Part shown: one piece after another, positions 15,519 through 29,739 of the stretch
How positions within the stretch are numbered: the first letter of the stretch is position 1
Layout of the letters: the number at the start of each line of letters is the position of its first letter
NCBI RefSeq assembly: GCF_009914755.1
Contig: NC_060926.1
Direction: 5' to 3' (one strand)
DNA from: the human T2T-CHM13v2.0 reference genome, Homo sapiens
DNA length: 64,000 nt
The notes under the pieces: generated by a model
What the model saw: only the letters and a program-made list of their open reading frames with translations
Told to the model about the DNA's origin: nothing
Database searches by the model: none
Translations under genes and position numbers: made by a program

Positions 15519-15861
15519 AATATCTAAACTTAAAACCCTAAAAGCCACAAGAAGAATGATATGCATTTCTCTGGATCTTCTAATCACTTACATATTTCCC
15601 TTGAGCCTCTTTCTGCTCATTTCACTGCTGAGACTATGTTCTAACCAAAATTATCTTTAGTTAATCAAGCCTTATGTTGGTAAAAGTGTTTTTTCAAAAT
15701 TCTTTCCTACTGTAAATTGCAAAATTTTTGAATTACAAACTAATGCATTGAATTGCTTCCCTTTCTCTGTTAAAATGTCTTATTTTCTAGACATTTATGG
15801 GTTTCTCATGTGAGTAAACATCAGTGAATTAACTATGCTTCTATTAATACTTACCTTCCTT

Positions 15862-17061
15862 TAAGTTTTATTTATTTATATTTAGAGATGAGGTCTTGCT
15901 CTGTTGTTCAGACTGGAATGCAATAGTACGATCATGGCTTAGCATGGCCTCAAACTCCTGGGGTTCAAGTGATCCTCCTGCCCCCACCTTCCAGGTAACT
16001 GGGACTGCAGGACTGCACCACCACACTTGGCTGATTATTATTATTTATTTATTTTATTTCTTTATTTTTGAGACAGGGTCCCCTTCTGTCACTCCTAGAG
16101 TGCAGTGATGGGATCTCAGCTCACTGCAACCTCTGCCTCCTGGACTCAGTTGATCTTCCCACCTCAGCCTCCACAGCAGCTGGGACTACAAGAGTGCACC
16201 ACCATGCCCGACTAATTTTTGTATTTTTTTATAGAGACAGGATTTTGCCATGTTGCCCAGGCTGATCTTGAACTACTGGCTGCAAGTGGTCCTCCTGAGT
16301 AGCTAAGACTACAGGGCATGCCACTGTGCTCAGCTTATTTTTAAATTTTTTTAGAGATGAGGTCTGGCTATGTTGTCCACGTTAATCTGGAACTCCTGGC
16401 CTCAAGCGATTCTCCTGCCTCAGTCTCCTGTTTGAAATGTTTGTTTTTCAGTGCTATAAAGAAATAGCACTTGAACGCAAATTTAATTTATTTAGTAAGG
16501 CCATTTTTACTTCCTGCAGAGAGGATACACTCGCCAGCAGTTTTGCCATGAGAGTACACCGAACAAAGGAGACAGGGTCATTTATAACCTGACGTGTCCA
16601 CCCTACTGCTGTGTCCAGTTCCAATGGCTGGAATGGGACCTCCCATTCTGTATTTGTCCCGATTGGCTAGTAACTTAGAACTTTTTAAAAGACGTAAAGG
16701 TAGAGGGTAACAAAGGAAGGAGGAAGTAACTTGTGGAATGCTAAGAAAGGTAAAAACACTTTTAAATAAGGAAGAGGAACAGGCTGTGACCTAATGCTGC
16801 TTGGACCAGTATAAGCATGCCAGGGCAAATATTTAGGCTAAATTGTGGGAGCTAAAAACATAAAGTATATTGATTTATTTATTACAGCTAGCAGATATTT
16901 AAGAATGTTAGCACAGGTCTTTGAATAAATTTTGCTTCTAAGAGAAGTTACTATTTATTCCTAATTAGACGGGAAGGAAAGTCTTTGAAGAGGAACCTCT
17001 ACTTTACTTTTTATACTCCTAAGCAGTTGGGATGACAGACGTGAACCACTGCACTCAGCCA
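15862..17061 (-). mobile_element. Nested/tandem AluJ cluster; last monomer split by LTR10C
   Basis: Four antisense Alu monomers. Alu sequence cctcagtctcc resumes as taagcagttgggatgacag after the LTR. Confidence 0.85.
16429..17015 (-). mobile_element. LTR10C solo LTR (HERV-I, ERV1)
   Basis: 587 bp; reverse complement begins TATAAAAAGTAAAGTAGAGGTTCCTCTTCAAAGAC; 4-bp TSD CTCC. Confidence 0.88.
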
Positions 17062-19804
17062 CCTTATCTTTTTAAACCAGTTTATTCCATTTTAGGAGAT
17101 AGGTGGTTGAAGTTTCAATAAACGAAAGAAGTAAATGCATGAATCAAACTGCCTCTTTGTTGTCTCTACTTTTAAGAAATATTCAACACAGTCAAATACG
17201 AACTGGAGGAGAGATTCTATACTTAAGAATCAATCACATATAAATAAGACCTTAGATTTTTAATGCAATGACTTTTTAAAAAGATATTAATATGGCTTTT
17301 TTTAATAAATACATGTGTATATGGTTGATTGATATAAAAAATAGCACATTGTAATCAGTTTCAAACTGTCCTTTTGTTTATATTTTTTTATCTGAATCAT
17401 TTATACAATAGTTCTTAAAATATTGTGGATCAAGGGATGAAGCCTGAGGCCAGGAACCTGGTGGCAAGTACTCTCTCCCTCAATGGACACGAAGTGTGAC
17501 CTTACACAAGCAACAACTCCCTTTGGATGTATTTGCCTTATTTTTTAAAGTAAGATGTTTGGACAAGATTATTTTGGAAGTCTCCTCACTTTCCAAAATA
17601 CTTAAATTTAAACAATACGTATATTATATTTTGAGGGTTCATATTTATGTGTAGCGATAGGTAGACAATATTTAGTCCCTTTCAGTATTCTGAATTCATA
17701 ATGAAATAAATGGCTTCAAAATACAAAGTTAGAGCATTCAATTAAAATACATGGCGAGTCAGAAGACTCAACAAAGAAATGTACTATACGTTTCCTTTCA
17801 AATTTCCTAGAGAGACAGTTTTAAGAATTTAAGAGAAAAATATGACAATTGAAAACATCACACCAAACTTATTTTTCCTGTTTAAACTTATCTAGCTTTT
17901 CAAGCTTTGTGTTCATTTTGTCAGTAAGAAAAAAAATACAAGTAGTTGAAACTCTGCAAAGTATTATCTTCTAAGCTGAATATTTTTCAAACCACAGTTT
18001 TCATTTTTTCTAATTTAAAAAAATTATTTTCTCAATATTGAAAGCATAACATTTATGAGAAGCAAAAAAGAAAATAGAATATTTATGTTACTTCCCTATT
18101 ATTCTCTCTCAATATTTTTATGTGAAGCTCAGAATAGACTTTTACCCTCTGTGAGATGAATTTAAAAGTGCCTCAGAATGCAGTTGCCCTTATTGTGGTT
18201 GTAATGGAGAAAGTAAGTTTTATATTTAAAAGTTATTTTATGATTTAAAGAGTGTTAACATTCCACAGTATATTAAGATGGAAGCTATTTGTCATACCAA
18301 AAAAATTGGTTTCTAGTTATCAAGAGAAAGCTTCAAGAGCAACATTCCCTACGCCCCTTTAAAAACTAAATGCAAGTAATATTCCTCCAAGTTTTACTAA
18401 CCTATGCACACAAATGAACTATCATTAAATGTGATACTTCACATATCGATTGCCCCCATGTACATATTAGGGCACCCATAGCATAACCACAAAATTTCCT
18501 AGAATTATTTATTATTTAGAATTTCTTAGAATATTATTAAGCTCCAGAGAGAATCTTGGAAAGATTCCTCACATAGTCTTTTTATTCCAAACTTCACAGC
18601 CAAACCAGCTGTGGCCCGTGCCTTGCCTGTCCCTGCTCCTCTGGGAGAATTTTGATTCTTGTCCCTTGACCCAAAACTTGGCAGTGTTCCCTTGAGTCTT
18701 CATTATGCCAAGTCTACCTACATTTGCTTTGCCCAAGAAAATGAAGGAGATGCCTCCTACCAAGTTCTGTGTAACCTGGGTCATCTGAATCTTGGAGCAC
18801 TATTATTTGTACTGCAGATCTCTCTCGGGAGCTTATGAAGCCAAGATATCAGCCTCTACTTGAGCTGTCTCTGTAGACTTCAGACATTGTCTGGGAGTTG
18901 TGGTTGAAGAGAGAGACAGGCACCATTCTGTCCTGTTTTTCCTCTCTTGCTTAGATATCATTTACCTTCAGTACAGTTCCCAGCCTCTCCTTCAGCCAAT
19001 CCATAGCCTCTATACAGTATAGTTCCAGGAAATCTATGGCTGAATGGTTTGAGTTTTATTAGAGTGCCTGCCTACACATGCCACGTGTACATACAGGAAT
19101 AACTGTTTTCATAGACTTGATAAAGTCTCAATATCACCAAATGACCCTATCTTTGCTCTTGATATCTTTGCTCATGACACAGAAAAGGAACATTAAGTGG
19201 CAGGCCAGTGCATCACGCTCTGTTTGCAGTTCATTTAGTTCTTATACATAGGATATATTTTTACACTCTACTTGACCTTAAGAGATAAGCCAGAAAAGCA
19301 CATCTGTTCTGACCCCTAATATTCCAACACCAGTTATTGTGTGCCCTTGTCACTCATCTTAATATAAGACATCTCAGCCCACAAATGGCAGTATTTTCAC
19401 ACCAGTGCTAGAGTTTAGAAGGGGGGAAATGAGAGAAACCAAGCCCAAATGCTTCAGTAAAAATAAATGCATTATCTAATATTATTTGCTTTCCTCTCTG
19501 AGGAAACTTAGCATTATTATTTAACTGCTTGTTTTCTTATTGTTAAACTGGAAGAGATTTGGGAGTCAGTAAAGCAGTTATAAATATCACCAGTAACACT
19601 GCTTTACACATTTGCACATGTTTAGATCATATTGCACTTTTTTGAGGATAAACAAACTTTACATCAAAGTTGGAAAAGTCTTCTTGATTATGATTTCAAA
19701 AAGTGGTTTTGGGGAAAAGCTTACATTGTATGATATTTAAATCCATTTATTAAGGTATGTTTTACTTGATTATACTAACTTAATTTAAAATAATTTTGAA
19801 GGTA

Positions 19805-20432
19805 TGTTCCCGGACCAAATTGAGGGTTGGGCTGCTATTTCTCATGGCCCAATAACAAGATGCAGATGAACAGGGGAGGAAGAGAGTTTTTATTTCTGTA
19901 ACTGGTTACAGGGAGAAGGCCTGGAAATTATCACCAGACCAACTCAAAATTACAAAGTTTTACAGGTGTAAGTGTGCATTCATCTGAAGACATAAGTGAT
20001 TAACTTCTTTTAATCTACAACTAAGGTCTGAGTCCTGAAGACCTTCCTCTGGAGCCTCAGTAAATTTACTTAATCTAAATGGGTCCAGGTGCTGGAGTGA
20101 TTACCCTTATCTTGTCTTCTGCTAAATCACTGAAGTTTGAGGAGTTCCTTTAGACCTTCAATAAACTTGTTTGTAGAGGCCTGGAGAGTTTCTTCACAAC
20201 CACAGTAAAACTTGTTTAATCCTGAATGGGTCCTGTTAAGAATTCCTTCATTATTCTGTCATGCTTTAAGGCCCAGGGAAAGCCTAGGCAAAACTCTTGA
20301 TAGGCTTTTGTTCATCCCAGCCTTTGTATAAGGGCACTGACTTTTTTAGTTTTTAATATTTAATGTAACCACTCGGTCAGTACTGAAACAGTTGTGATGG
20401 AGGCCTGCATTAGTGAAACCTGGCCTGCCACA
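19805..20432 (-). mobile_element. LTR9-family solo LTR (ERV1)
   Basis: TG...CA termini; perfect 4-bp TSD GGTA; reverse complement starts TGTGGCAGGCCAGGTTTCACTAATGCAGGCCTCC. Confidence 0.82.
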
Positions 20433-20685
20433 GGTACATGATATTAACTTACATTTTCTTCCTTTGCAAGTTTTATTTAAGTGACATTTGTACAATTTTT
20501 CTGTCATGGAAATTTTACCTTCAGTATTTAATAGCAAAGCATTTAAAGGAGGGCATGATTTTACACAAAAAGATTATGTAAAGGGAGATATTTATTGGAA
20601 AGATCAAATATGGGCATTTCCTTTTTATGCATGATTTACTCTTAATTTTTGCTTCTTTGTAAATCAATAAGACACTTTAATCTGA

Positions 20686-20982
<297 letters not shown>

Positions 20983-21589
20983 TAGGGATAAAATTTGGAC
21001 TCTTTGGTTTATTCATTGTTGCATGTTATTTCACATCAGTCAGTCAATTAAGGATAAATTAAGTGCCAACTAAGCCCTCAGCACTGTGCTAACTGAAAGG
21101 CATAGAGATCTGTCGTTTCTGATAAAAGAGAAGATACCACAAACTTGGCTTATAGGAATAGTTTTTTGTAACTTACTCATTCTTTTCATAACAGTTTGGG
21201 CAGAAAAAAGTTATTATTTCATCATACTCAGTCAGGACATTGTTTTCTCTAGTCTGTACTACAATTCATTTATTGGATGAATGGAATTAAAGATCATACC
21301 AATTTATTGAAGGGTTAAAAAAGAAAGTCTTATTTAGTCGCTTGATCAAATTAAGTTATTTTCAACCTTGTCACTTCTGTCAAAAAAGATATATATACAC
21401 TTCTCAGGAGTGGTAACATTGCAAGGAATAATTTTTTTTTAACCCTTCAGCCTATATGACCTTCTTGGTCTCTTGAAGAGAACTAATAAATGTGAACTGA
21501 GTAATTTCAGGGAAAAAAGATAATGTATCTACTTCCAATGATTATGTAATTAAGGCATTGCTTGGCTCATGTTTACCTGTAGGAGAGGT

Positions 21590-21830
21590 TACTCCCAGAT
21601 GCTGGAGACACAAGTCAGAAATTCAAGTTTCTAAATCAAACTCTGCTGTCGTCAAACTCTGTCCTCTTTGGAAAGTTCATTAGGATCTATTGGCTTGAAA
21701 TTTTCATCCGTATTTGGGGTATAAAATAAATTACCTCCAAGAGTTGTGATTGGATTGAAATGGGACAGCACACATAAACTATATACTATATTGTCTAGCC
21801 TATAGCAGGTGTTTTCTAAAGTTAACCATA
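21590..21830 (+). mobile_element. MIR
   Basis: Diverged MIR core. Confidence 0.55.
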
Positions 21831-22292
21831 GTGATCTCTAGGCATGTCAAATTATCTGGTGCTACTTCAGGACCTACAATGTAGCCCACTTCTTATTTGT
21901 GAGATCAAAGATTAGAGAATTAAGTTCAAGGATAATTTACTAAAACTCTCCAGACCCTAATGAGGTTTTCATTCACTTAAATTCACCCAAGAATTCCAGT
22001 CCTTCCATGGGGTCCCCACGGGAAAAAAAAAACAAAATGTATTTATGGTCTATTAAATGCTTAAGGAAGATAGTTGCTGAATAGATTTCAGGAATCTATC
22101 TTGGCTATTTATGCACCAATCCATTCTTATTTCTTAAATTATTATCAAGAGAAAAGTTTCATAAAACAGAAAAACACCATGTTTTAAAGTAAAAAAATTT
22201 TGCATATATATTAATTTTTAGGGAAATCATTATGAAAGTGCTTTACATAAGTTTATCTGGAATGTAGATTTTCAACGTGTGAATAATGCTAA

Positions 22293-22448
<156 letters not shown>

Positions 22449-22562
22449 CAGTGTTTTCTAGAACAACTTAAGCAAATTATACTGAAAGCTGCTGTGGTTA
22501 TTTCAGTATTATTCGATTTTTAATTATTGAAAGTATGTCACCATTGACCACATGTAACTAAC

Positions 22563-22568
22563 AATAAA
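22563..22568 (+). terminator. Proximal KYNU polyadenylation signal AATAAA
   Basis: Canonical hexamer ~115 nt after the stop codon, followed by U/GU-rich sequence at ~22595-22655. Confidence 0.75.
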
Positions 22569-22855
22569 TAATATACCTTACAGAAAATCTGATATAATTT
22601 TTCAGAGTCTGTGGCACTAAGGAGTCCACAGGGCTGCCTAGGTGCTTTGTGTTTGGGGGACCAAAACTGTGTTGGTTCAAGTATTATCTATACAGTCTCT
22701 ATAAGCTGTCACATTTCATGGTCATTGAAATGTTTTATGTTGGTTTAATTTCTGATTTAACTGACAACTTCATAATGTATGTGCAATTATTGTGTCAAAT
22801 TTAGAAATATTACTTTAGCTTCAATTTACCAAGGAGTTTCTTTGAAGCATTGTAG

Positions 22856-22858
<3 letters not shown>

Positions 22859-22931
<73 letters not shown>

Positions 22932-22941
22932 CATATATATG
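22859..22941 (+). repeat. Compound (TA)n(TG)n(TA)n microsatellite
   Basis: Directly visible. Confidence 0.97.
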
Positions 22942-23974
22942 ATAGTGGCTTTCAAATTTTTTTGGGTACAATCCACATTGCTCCTGCTGATCTGTAATAT
23001 CAGAAACCAGTATTTATGTGAATATATGAGAAATATTATTGATTCTAAGATATTTTATCATATTTTAACATCTTTGAAAGAGGACCCATCTTTCAATTTT
23101 CGATCAATAGTTTCTTACAGTCACCATTGGCCATCTTTCTCGTTACCATCTATGAAATTAGCATGCATCTCAAATAAACAGTTACCATCTTCTATTTGAT
23201 AAAATAGTCTAAATAGCAAAAATAAAAGTTTTTACAATTATTTGCCTGTGCTCTAATAGGTACTATTCTATTTTATCTCATAAGAAATGTTGGAAACTCA
23301 TTATATTGATTTCCTTACCCACTCATGGGCCCTAATTCACACTTTTTAAGAATGTTTCTTTCTTTAATGTTATCATAATCTCTTACTTTTTAAATGAGAA
23401 CTTCCCCTAATATAAGAGCTTAGATATTATATTACTATGTTTCCATAGTAAATAAATAACCCCAAGATCTTTTTGGGGATTAGAGATATAAGAAATATGT
23501 GCTCCATCTCTTGACATCTTTATCTCAAATCTATGGACCTTTCTTACCCACTGTGAAAAACCTAAAGTTACACTTAGCCCTGTTGGACTTACCTAGTTTT
23601 CAATTGTTGATGCCACAATCATTATTTATAAGTTGACAAAATAGTGTAGATTTGTATACATAGTCAACAAAAAGAGTGACATAATTATTGCCTCCAATTA
23701 AACAAGTTTGAATGAAATAAACAAACTTAGATAAACACTTCGGATGGTAGACGTAAACAATAATATGTGGAACTCCAACATCAACACCTACCAATACCAG
23801 TAACTACTGATATTTATCATGTACTTACCATGTACCATGTATTGTGCTACATTACTCATGTTATCTCCCTTAATTGAGTGGCTACATACTGCTTTAGCAA
23901 ATCTTCCTACTGTAACTAATCCTCATAGATGGAAGAGTTCTCAAAACCTTAAAACTCATGCATAAGTGGATTCA

Positions 23975-25928
23975 TATACATATATAAAAATATATATAAA
24001 TATATATACTTTATATATATTTATATTTATATATTTATATATTTATATTTTAATATATTTATATAAATATATATAAAGTATAATATATATAAAGTATAAA
24101 TATATATATATTTATACTTTAAGTTCTTGGATACACGTGCAGAACATGCAGGTTTGTTACATAGGTATACATGTGCCGTGGTGGATTGCTGCACCCATCA
24201 ACCCGTCATCTACATCAGGTATTTCTCCTAATGCTCACCCTCCTCTTATCCCCAACTACCCAAAAGGACCTGGTGTGTGATGTTCCCCTCCCTGTGTTCA
24301 TATGTTCTCATTGTTCAACTCTCACTTATGGGTAAGAACATGCAGTGTTTGATTTTCTGTTCCTCTGTTAGTTTGCTGAGAATGATGGTTTCCAGCTTCA
24401 TCCATGTCCCTGCAAAGGACATGAACTCATTCTTTTTTATGGCTGCATAGTATTCCATGGTATATATGTGCCACATTTTCTTTATCCAGTCTATCATTGA
24501 TGGCCATTTGAGTTGGTTCCAAGTCTTCGCTATTGTGAATAGTGCTGCAATGAACATATGTGTGCATGTGTCTTTATAGTAGAATGATTTATAATCCTTA
24601 GGGTATACCCAGTAATGGGATTGCTGGGTTAAATGGTATTTCTGGTTCTAGATCCTCGAGGAATTGCCACACTGTCTTCCACAATGGTTGAACTAATTTA
24701 TACTCCCACCAACAGTGTAAAAGCATTCCTATTTCTCCACATCCTCTCAGCATCTGTTGTTTCTTGACTTTTTAATGATTAGCATTCTAACTGGCGTGAG
24801 ATGGTATTTCATTGTGGTTTTGATTTGCATTTCTCTAATGACCAGTGATGATGAGTTTTTTTTCATATATTTGTTGGCCGCATAAATATCTTCTTTTGAG
24901 AAGTGTCTGTTCGTATCCTTCACCCACTTTTTGATGGGGTTGTGTTTTTCTTGTAAATTTATTTAAGTCCCTTGTAGATTCTGGATATTTTCCCTTTGTC
25001 AGATGGATAGATTGCAAAAATTTTCTCCCGTTCTGTAGGTTGCCCGATCACTCTGATGATAGTTTCTTTTGCTGTGTAGAAGCTCTTTAGTTTAATCAGG
25101 TTCCATTTGTCAGTTTTGGCTTTTGTTGCAATTGCTTTTGGTGTTTTAGTCTTAAATTCTTTGCCCATGCCTATGTCCTGAATGGTATTGCCTAGATATT
25201 CTTCTAGGGTTTTTTTTTTGGCTTTAGGTCTTGCAGTTAAGTCTTTAATCTATCTTGAGTTAATTTTTGTATAAGATATAAGAAAGGGGTCCAGTTTCAG
25301 TTTTCTGCATATGGCTAGCCAGTTTTCCCAACACTATTTATTAAATAGGGAATCTTTTCCCCATTGCTTGTTTTTGTCAGGTTTATCAAAGATCAGATGG
25401 TTGTAAATGTGTGGTGTTATTTCTGAGGCCTCTGTTTTGTTCCATTGGTCTATATGTCTGTTTTTGTTCAGTACCATGCTGTTTTGTTTACTATAGCCTT
25501 GTAGTATAGTTTGAAGTCAGGTAGTGTGATGCCTCCAGCTTTGTTCTTTTTGCTTAGGATTGTCTTGGCAATACAGGTTCTTTTTTGGTTCCATATGAAA
25601 TTTAAAGTAGTTTTTTCTAATTCTGTGAAGAAAGACAATGGTAGCTTGATGGAAATAGCATTGAATCTATAAATTACTCTCAGCAATATGGCCATTTTCA
25701 GGATATTGATTCTTCCTATCTATGAGCATGGAATGTTTTTCCATTTGTTTGTGTCCTCTCTGGTATCCTTGAGCAGTGGTTTGTAGTTCTCATTGAAGTA
25801 GTCCTTCACATCCCTTGTAAGTTGTATTCCTAGGTATTTTATTCTCTTTGCAGCAATTGTGAATGGGAGTTCACTCATGATTTGGTTCTCTGTTTGTCCT
25901 ATATACATATGTTGGTATATAGGAATGC
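23975..25928 (-). mobile_element. L1PA (PA6/PA7-like) 5'-truncated ~1.8 kb with AT-rich decayed tail (23975-24111)
   Basis: Minus-strand ORFs encode the L1 ORF2 C-terminus ([33 protein letters not shown]); L1PA 3'UTR present. Confidence 0.95.
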
Positions 25929-26061
25929 TTTTATTTTAAAGATGGAAGATGATGTCTCTCTATGTAACTCAGGCAGGTCTCAAACTCCTGGGCTCAAATG
26001 ATCCTCCTACCTTAACCTCCTGAGTAGCTGAGACTTTAGTCACACACCACCATGCCTGACC
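25929..26061 (-). mobile_element. FLAM/Alu monomer
   Basis: Single antisense Alu monomer. Confidence 0.8.
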
Positions 26062-27325
26062 AGGAATTGTTTTTCAACTTCATAGTGGTAAACAAAACAT
26101 ATGTGTTTTCAGTTCTCATGGAACAAGCAGCTTAGTAGGAGAAACATATGTTGAACTTGTAAGCAGAGAAGTAAATCTATAATGACAAATCATAATTTCT
26201 GAAGGGTATTAATTAGATGTTTGAGTGAGGGGAAATATTGGAAGGTGCTCATAAGTTTATAAATGTTCTAAAATATTTCATGCTAATCACATTAAAATTA
26301 TATCAAAGTATATAAACATATCATGGAAAACATAATCAGCACCATGTACTCAACACCTAGGTTAAAAAATAGCATTAAAAATTCTCTTTCCAGCTCACAT
26401 TCTGCTCCCTCCCCAAATCCACAGATAACCATCGAATTATATTTTGTTTTCTTCATTCCCTTACTTTCTTTAAGTTTTACACCCATGTATGTACCCATAA
26501 AAATCTATTAGCTAATTTTGGTTGTGCATGAATATTGTATCAATGCAATTATACTGTATATATTCTGCTTTTGCACATATTTTTAGATTCATCCATTTGT
26601 GGCATGTAGCTTTCCATTCATTTTCACTGCTGCTCAGTATTGTATTACAAATTTTACATTTGTTTTAGGGAAGAGTCATAAACCATCTTTAAGTTCTCCT
26701 ATGTTACAAGTAATTTTGTAAATGATGTGAGGTGGTGATTCTATTTCATTTTTTCCCATATAGATAATTTATATTATTAATAATTCCTTCTATTTCATAA
26801 GCCAGGTTTCTATATATCTATATAAATATAGATATGTAGATATATGAAAGCAATATATATATGGATGTCTTTCTGGGCTATCTGTACTTTCACACTGGCT
26901 AATTTGCTTGTTTTTTCATCAATACTTCACTTCCTTAATTACTACAACATAGCAGGGCCTGGCATCTGCTAGATTAAATCTCTCAGCTTCTTTTTATTAA
27001 GATTGCCCTGAATTGTCCTGGTTATCCTGGGCCCCCTACTTTTTTTATATTTTTGAATACATCTAAATAAATTTAGAATAAATCTATTGTGTTCCATAAA
27101 ACCCCTGTTGGGATTTCAATTGAACTGCAATTAAATTTTAGATCAGTTTTGGAAGAATTGACTCAATAGTGAGCCTTCCTACCCAAGACCATGGCATTTA
27201 TTTTCATTTATTTATGATTTCTTTAATGCTTCTCAAAATTTTTTATTTTCTCTATTATGGAAACGCACATTTATAGTTTGACAAATTCCTAAGTACTTCT
27301 AATTTTATTGTCATTCCACATTATC

Positions 27326-28404
27326 TTTTTTGTTGTTGTTTTAAAAGACAGGGTCTCCCTCTGTCACCCAGGCTGGAGTGTACTGATGTGATTATAGCTC
27401 ACTGCAGTCTCAACCTCCTGGGCTCAAGTGATCCTCCCACGTCAGCCTGTGGAGTAGCTAGGACTACAGGCATGTGCCACAATGCCTGGCTCATTTTTAA
27501 GTGTTAAGTTAAAAAAAGTTGTAGAAACAGTGTTTTGCTACATTTCCCAGGCTGGTCTCAAACTCCTGGCCCCAAGCAATCTTCCTGCCTCAGCTTCCCA
27601 TATTCGGATTATACGCATGAGGCATTGCACCAGCCCCATGTGTTATCTTTTATAAAATTTAACATTTAACTGATAATTGATACTGTATATACATGAATTC
27701 GATTGGTATCTATTTTTAATATGGGAAATTTTATGCAAATGAGCACATTTTTCTCCCTTCCTTCCTTCCTTCTTTCCTTGTTCTCTTTCTTTCTCTCTCT
27801 TTCTCTTTCTCTCTTTCTTTCTTTCTTTCTTTCTCACAGGGTGTCACTCTGTTGCCCAGGCGGAGTGCAGTGGCACATGATCATAGCTCACTGCAACCTC
27901 CAACTCAAACACTTGAGTGATCCTCTGTCCCCCGTTTCCCAAGCAGCTGGGACTACAGGCACATGCCACGATGCCAAGCTAATTTTTAAAAATAATTTTT
28001 TTTGTAGATTCAGAGTCTTGCTATGTTGCCCAGGCTAATCTCAAACTCCTGGCCTCAAGCAGTCCTCCCTCCTCAGCCTCCCATTACAGGCATAAGCTGC
28101 CACTCCTGGACCTCTTTTTTTTTTTTTTTTTTTTTTTTTTGAGGCAGTCTCTCTCTGTCACCCAGGCTGGAGTATAGTGGCACGATCTCAGCTCACTGCG
28201 GGTTCAAGCAATTTTCATGCCTCAGCCTCCCAAGTAGCTGGGATTACAGGCATGGGCCACTATGCCCAGCTAATTTTTGTATTTTTCATAGAGACAGGAT
28301 TTCACCATGTTGGCTAGGCTGGTATCAAACTCCTGACTTCAGGTGATCCGCCCACTTTGACCTTCCAAAATGCTGGGATTACGTGTGAGCCACCAAACCC
28401 AGCC
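27326..28404 (-). mobile_element. Three tandem antisense Alus (AluJ 27326-27635; AluJ with CT-rich tail 27750-28112; AluS 28115-28404)
   Basis: Alu dimers with T- or CT-rich tails at left. Confidence 0.92.
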
Positions 28405-29023
28405 CCTCATTTTCTTTTTGATTTTTATTTATTTTCCTCTGTTTTTCTTCTTTTGGATTTAGGGATGTGTGTGTGGAGGTGTATTGAGTCCGTTTTTTCT
28501 TTCTATTTGTGTGGAAATTATACACTTATTCTTTGTTATTTTAGCAATTACTCTGGCTATTTTAACATGCAAATATAATGAAGTTTAGAATTAGCCATTT
28601 TTTATAACTCTCCTTCTGACTAGTTGAAGAAATGAGAATGCTTTAACATCAAACAGCCAACTCTTTACTTATACACTATTGCTATTCATTATAGCATTTT
28701 TAGTCTAGCTTCCTCCCTCCTCTTTCTCTCTCTCTCTCTCTGTCTCTCTCTCTCTCACTAATGTTTGCTATTTCTCCCTACAATTCAGAATTTTATTTAT
28801 GGATGAAGTACATATATAATTTATTACAATTCATTTTAATGAAAAACTTTTAGTGGTAAATTGTATTAGTCTTTGGGAAAAAACATTTATTGATACCATT
28901 TTCTCATTACTTAAAAATAGTTTCACTTCATATAGAATTCTATGTCGACAGTAATTTTCTTTCAGGAAGTAGAAAATATTAAGTTACAGTATTTTGGCTT
29001 CCATTACTGCTGTTAAGCATTCA

Positions 29024-29186
29024 GATCATCAGAGAAATGCAAATCAGAACCACAATGAGATGCCATCTCATGCCAGTCAGAATGGCAATCATTAAAAAGT
29101 CAGGAAACAATAGATGCTGGTGAGGCTGTGGAGAAATAAGAATGCTTTTACACTGTTAGTGGGAATGTAAATTAGTTCAACCATTG
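29024..29186 (+). mobile_element. Internal L1PA ORF2 fragment, no tail
   Basis: agagaaatgcaaatcagaaccacaatgagat...ttagttcaaccattg embedded in an older antisense L1M. Confidence 0.88.
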
Positions 29187-29739
29187 CTCTTAAGGGCTCT
29201 TTGTCTTTAATGATCCGCATTTTTATTATGATGTGTCTAGGCAGTTATTATTGTGTTTATTCTATTTCTTTATTTGCTGTCTATCCAAGATTTGAGGATT
29301 AATTTTTTAATTTCTAGAAAATTCAGAAGTATTATTTATTTATTCAATTATTACCTCTTTCTATTATTTCCTTTTTAAAATAAAAGGGTATATGTTAGAA
29401 TTTTTCACTCTCTCCTTTATGCCTTTAACTTCATATTTTCTATTTCTTTGAATTTCTGGGCTGCATTCTTAAGAATTCTAAAACATATATTTTAGTTTCT
29501 AAAAGTTTCATTAGATTTCTGTTCAAAATTCCTTCCATTTGTGATCTTTCGAATGTGCTTCTGCTTTAGGCATTAGTAGTGGACATTCTGGTTCCCCATT
29601 GAGCTTCCCTGCATCAGCTGTTTTGCCTGGTGGCTGCCACCAACGCTTTTAGCTACCTCCCTCCTCAAACTTTGGGGTCAGGCCACACACTATAAAGGAT
29701 TGGAAAAAAAAATGAAAATATGAAAAACTTACACTTTGT

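Noticed and set aside
23975-24111. AT-rich low-complexity tracts (also 14390-14520 and 30265-30425)
   Set aside because: Decayed L1 tails or simple AT expansions; no further structure.
24315-25908. Minus-strand ORFs as an active reverse-transcriptase gene
   Set aside because: Fragmented, 5'-truncated L1PA ORF2 with stops and frameshifts.
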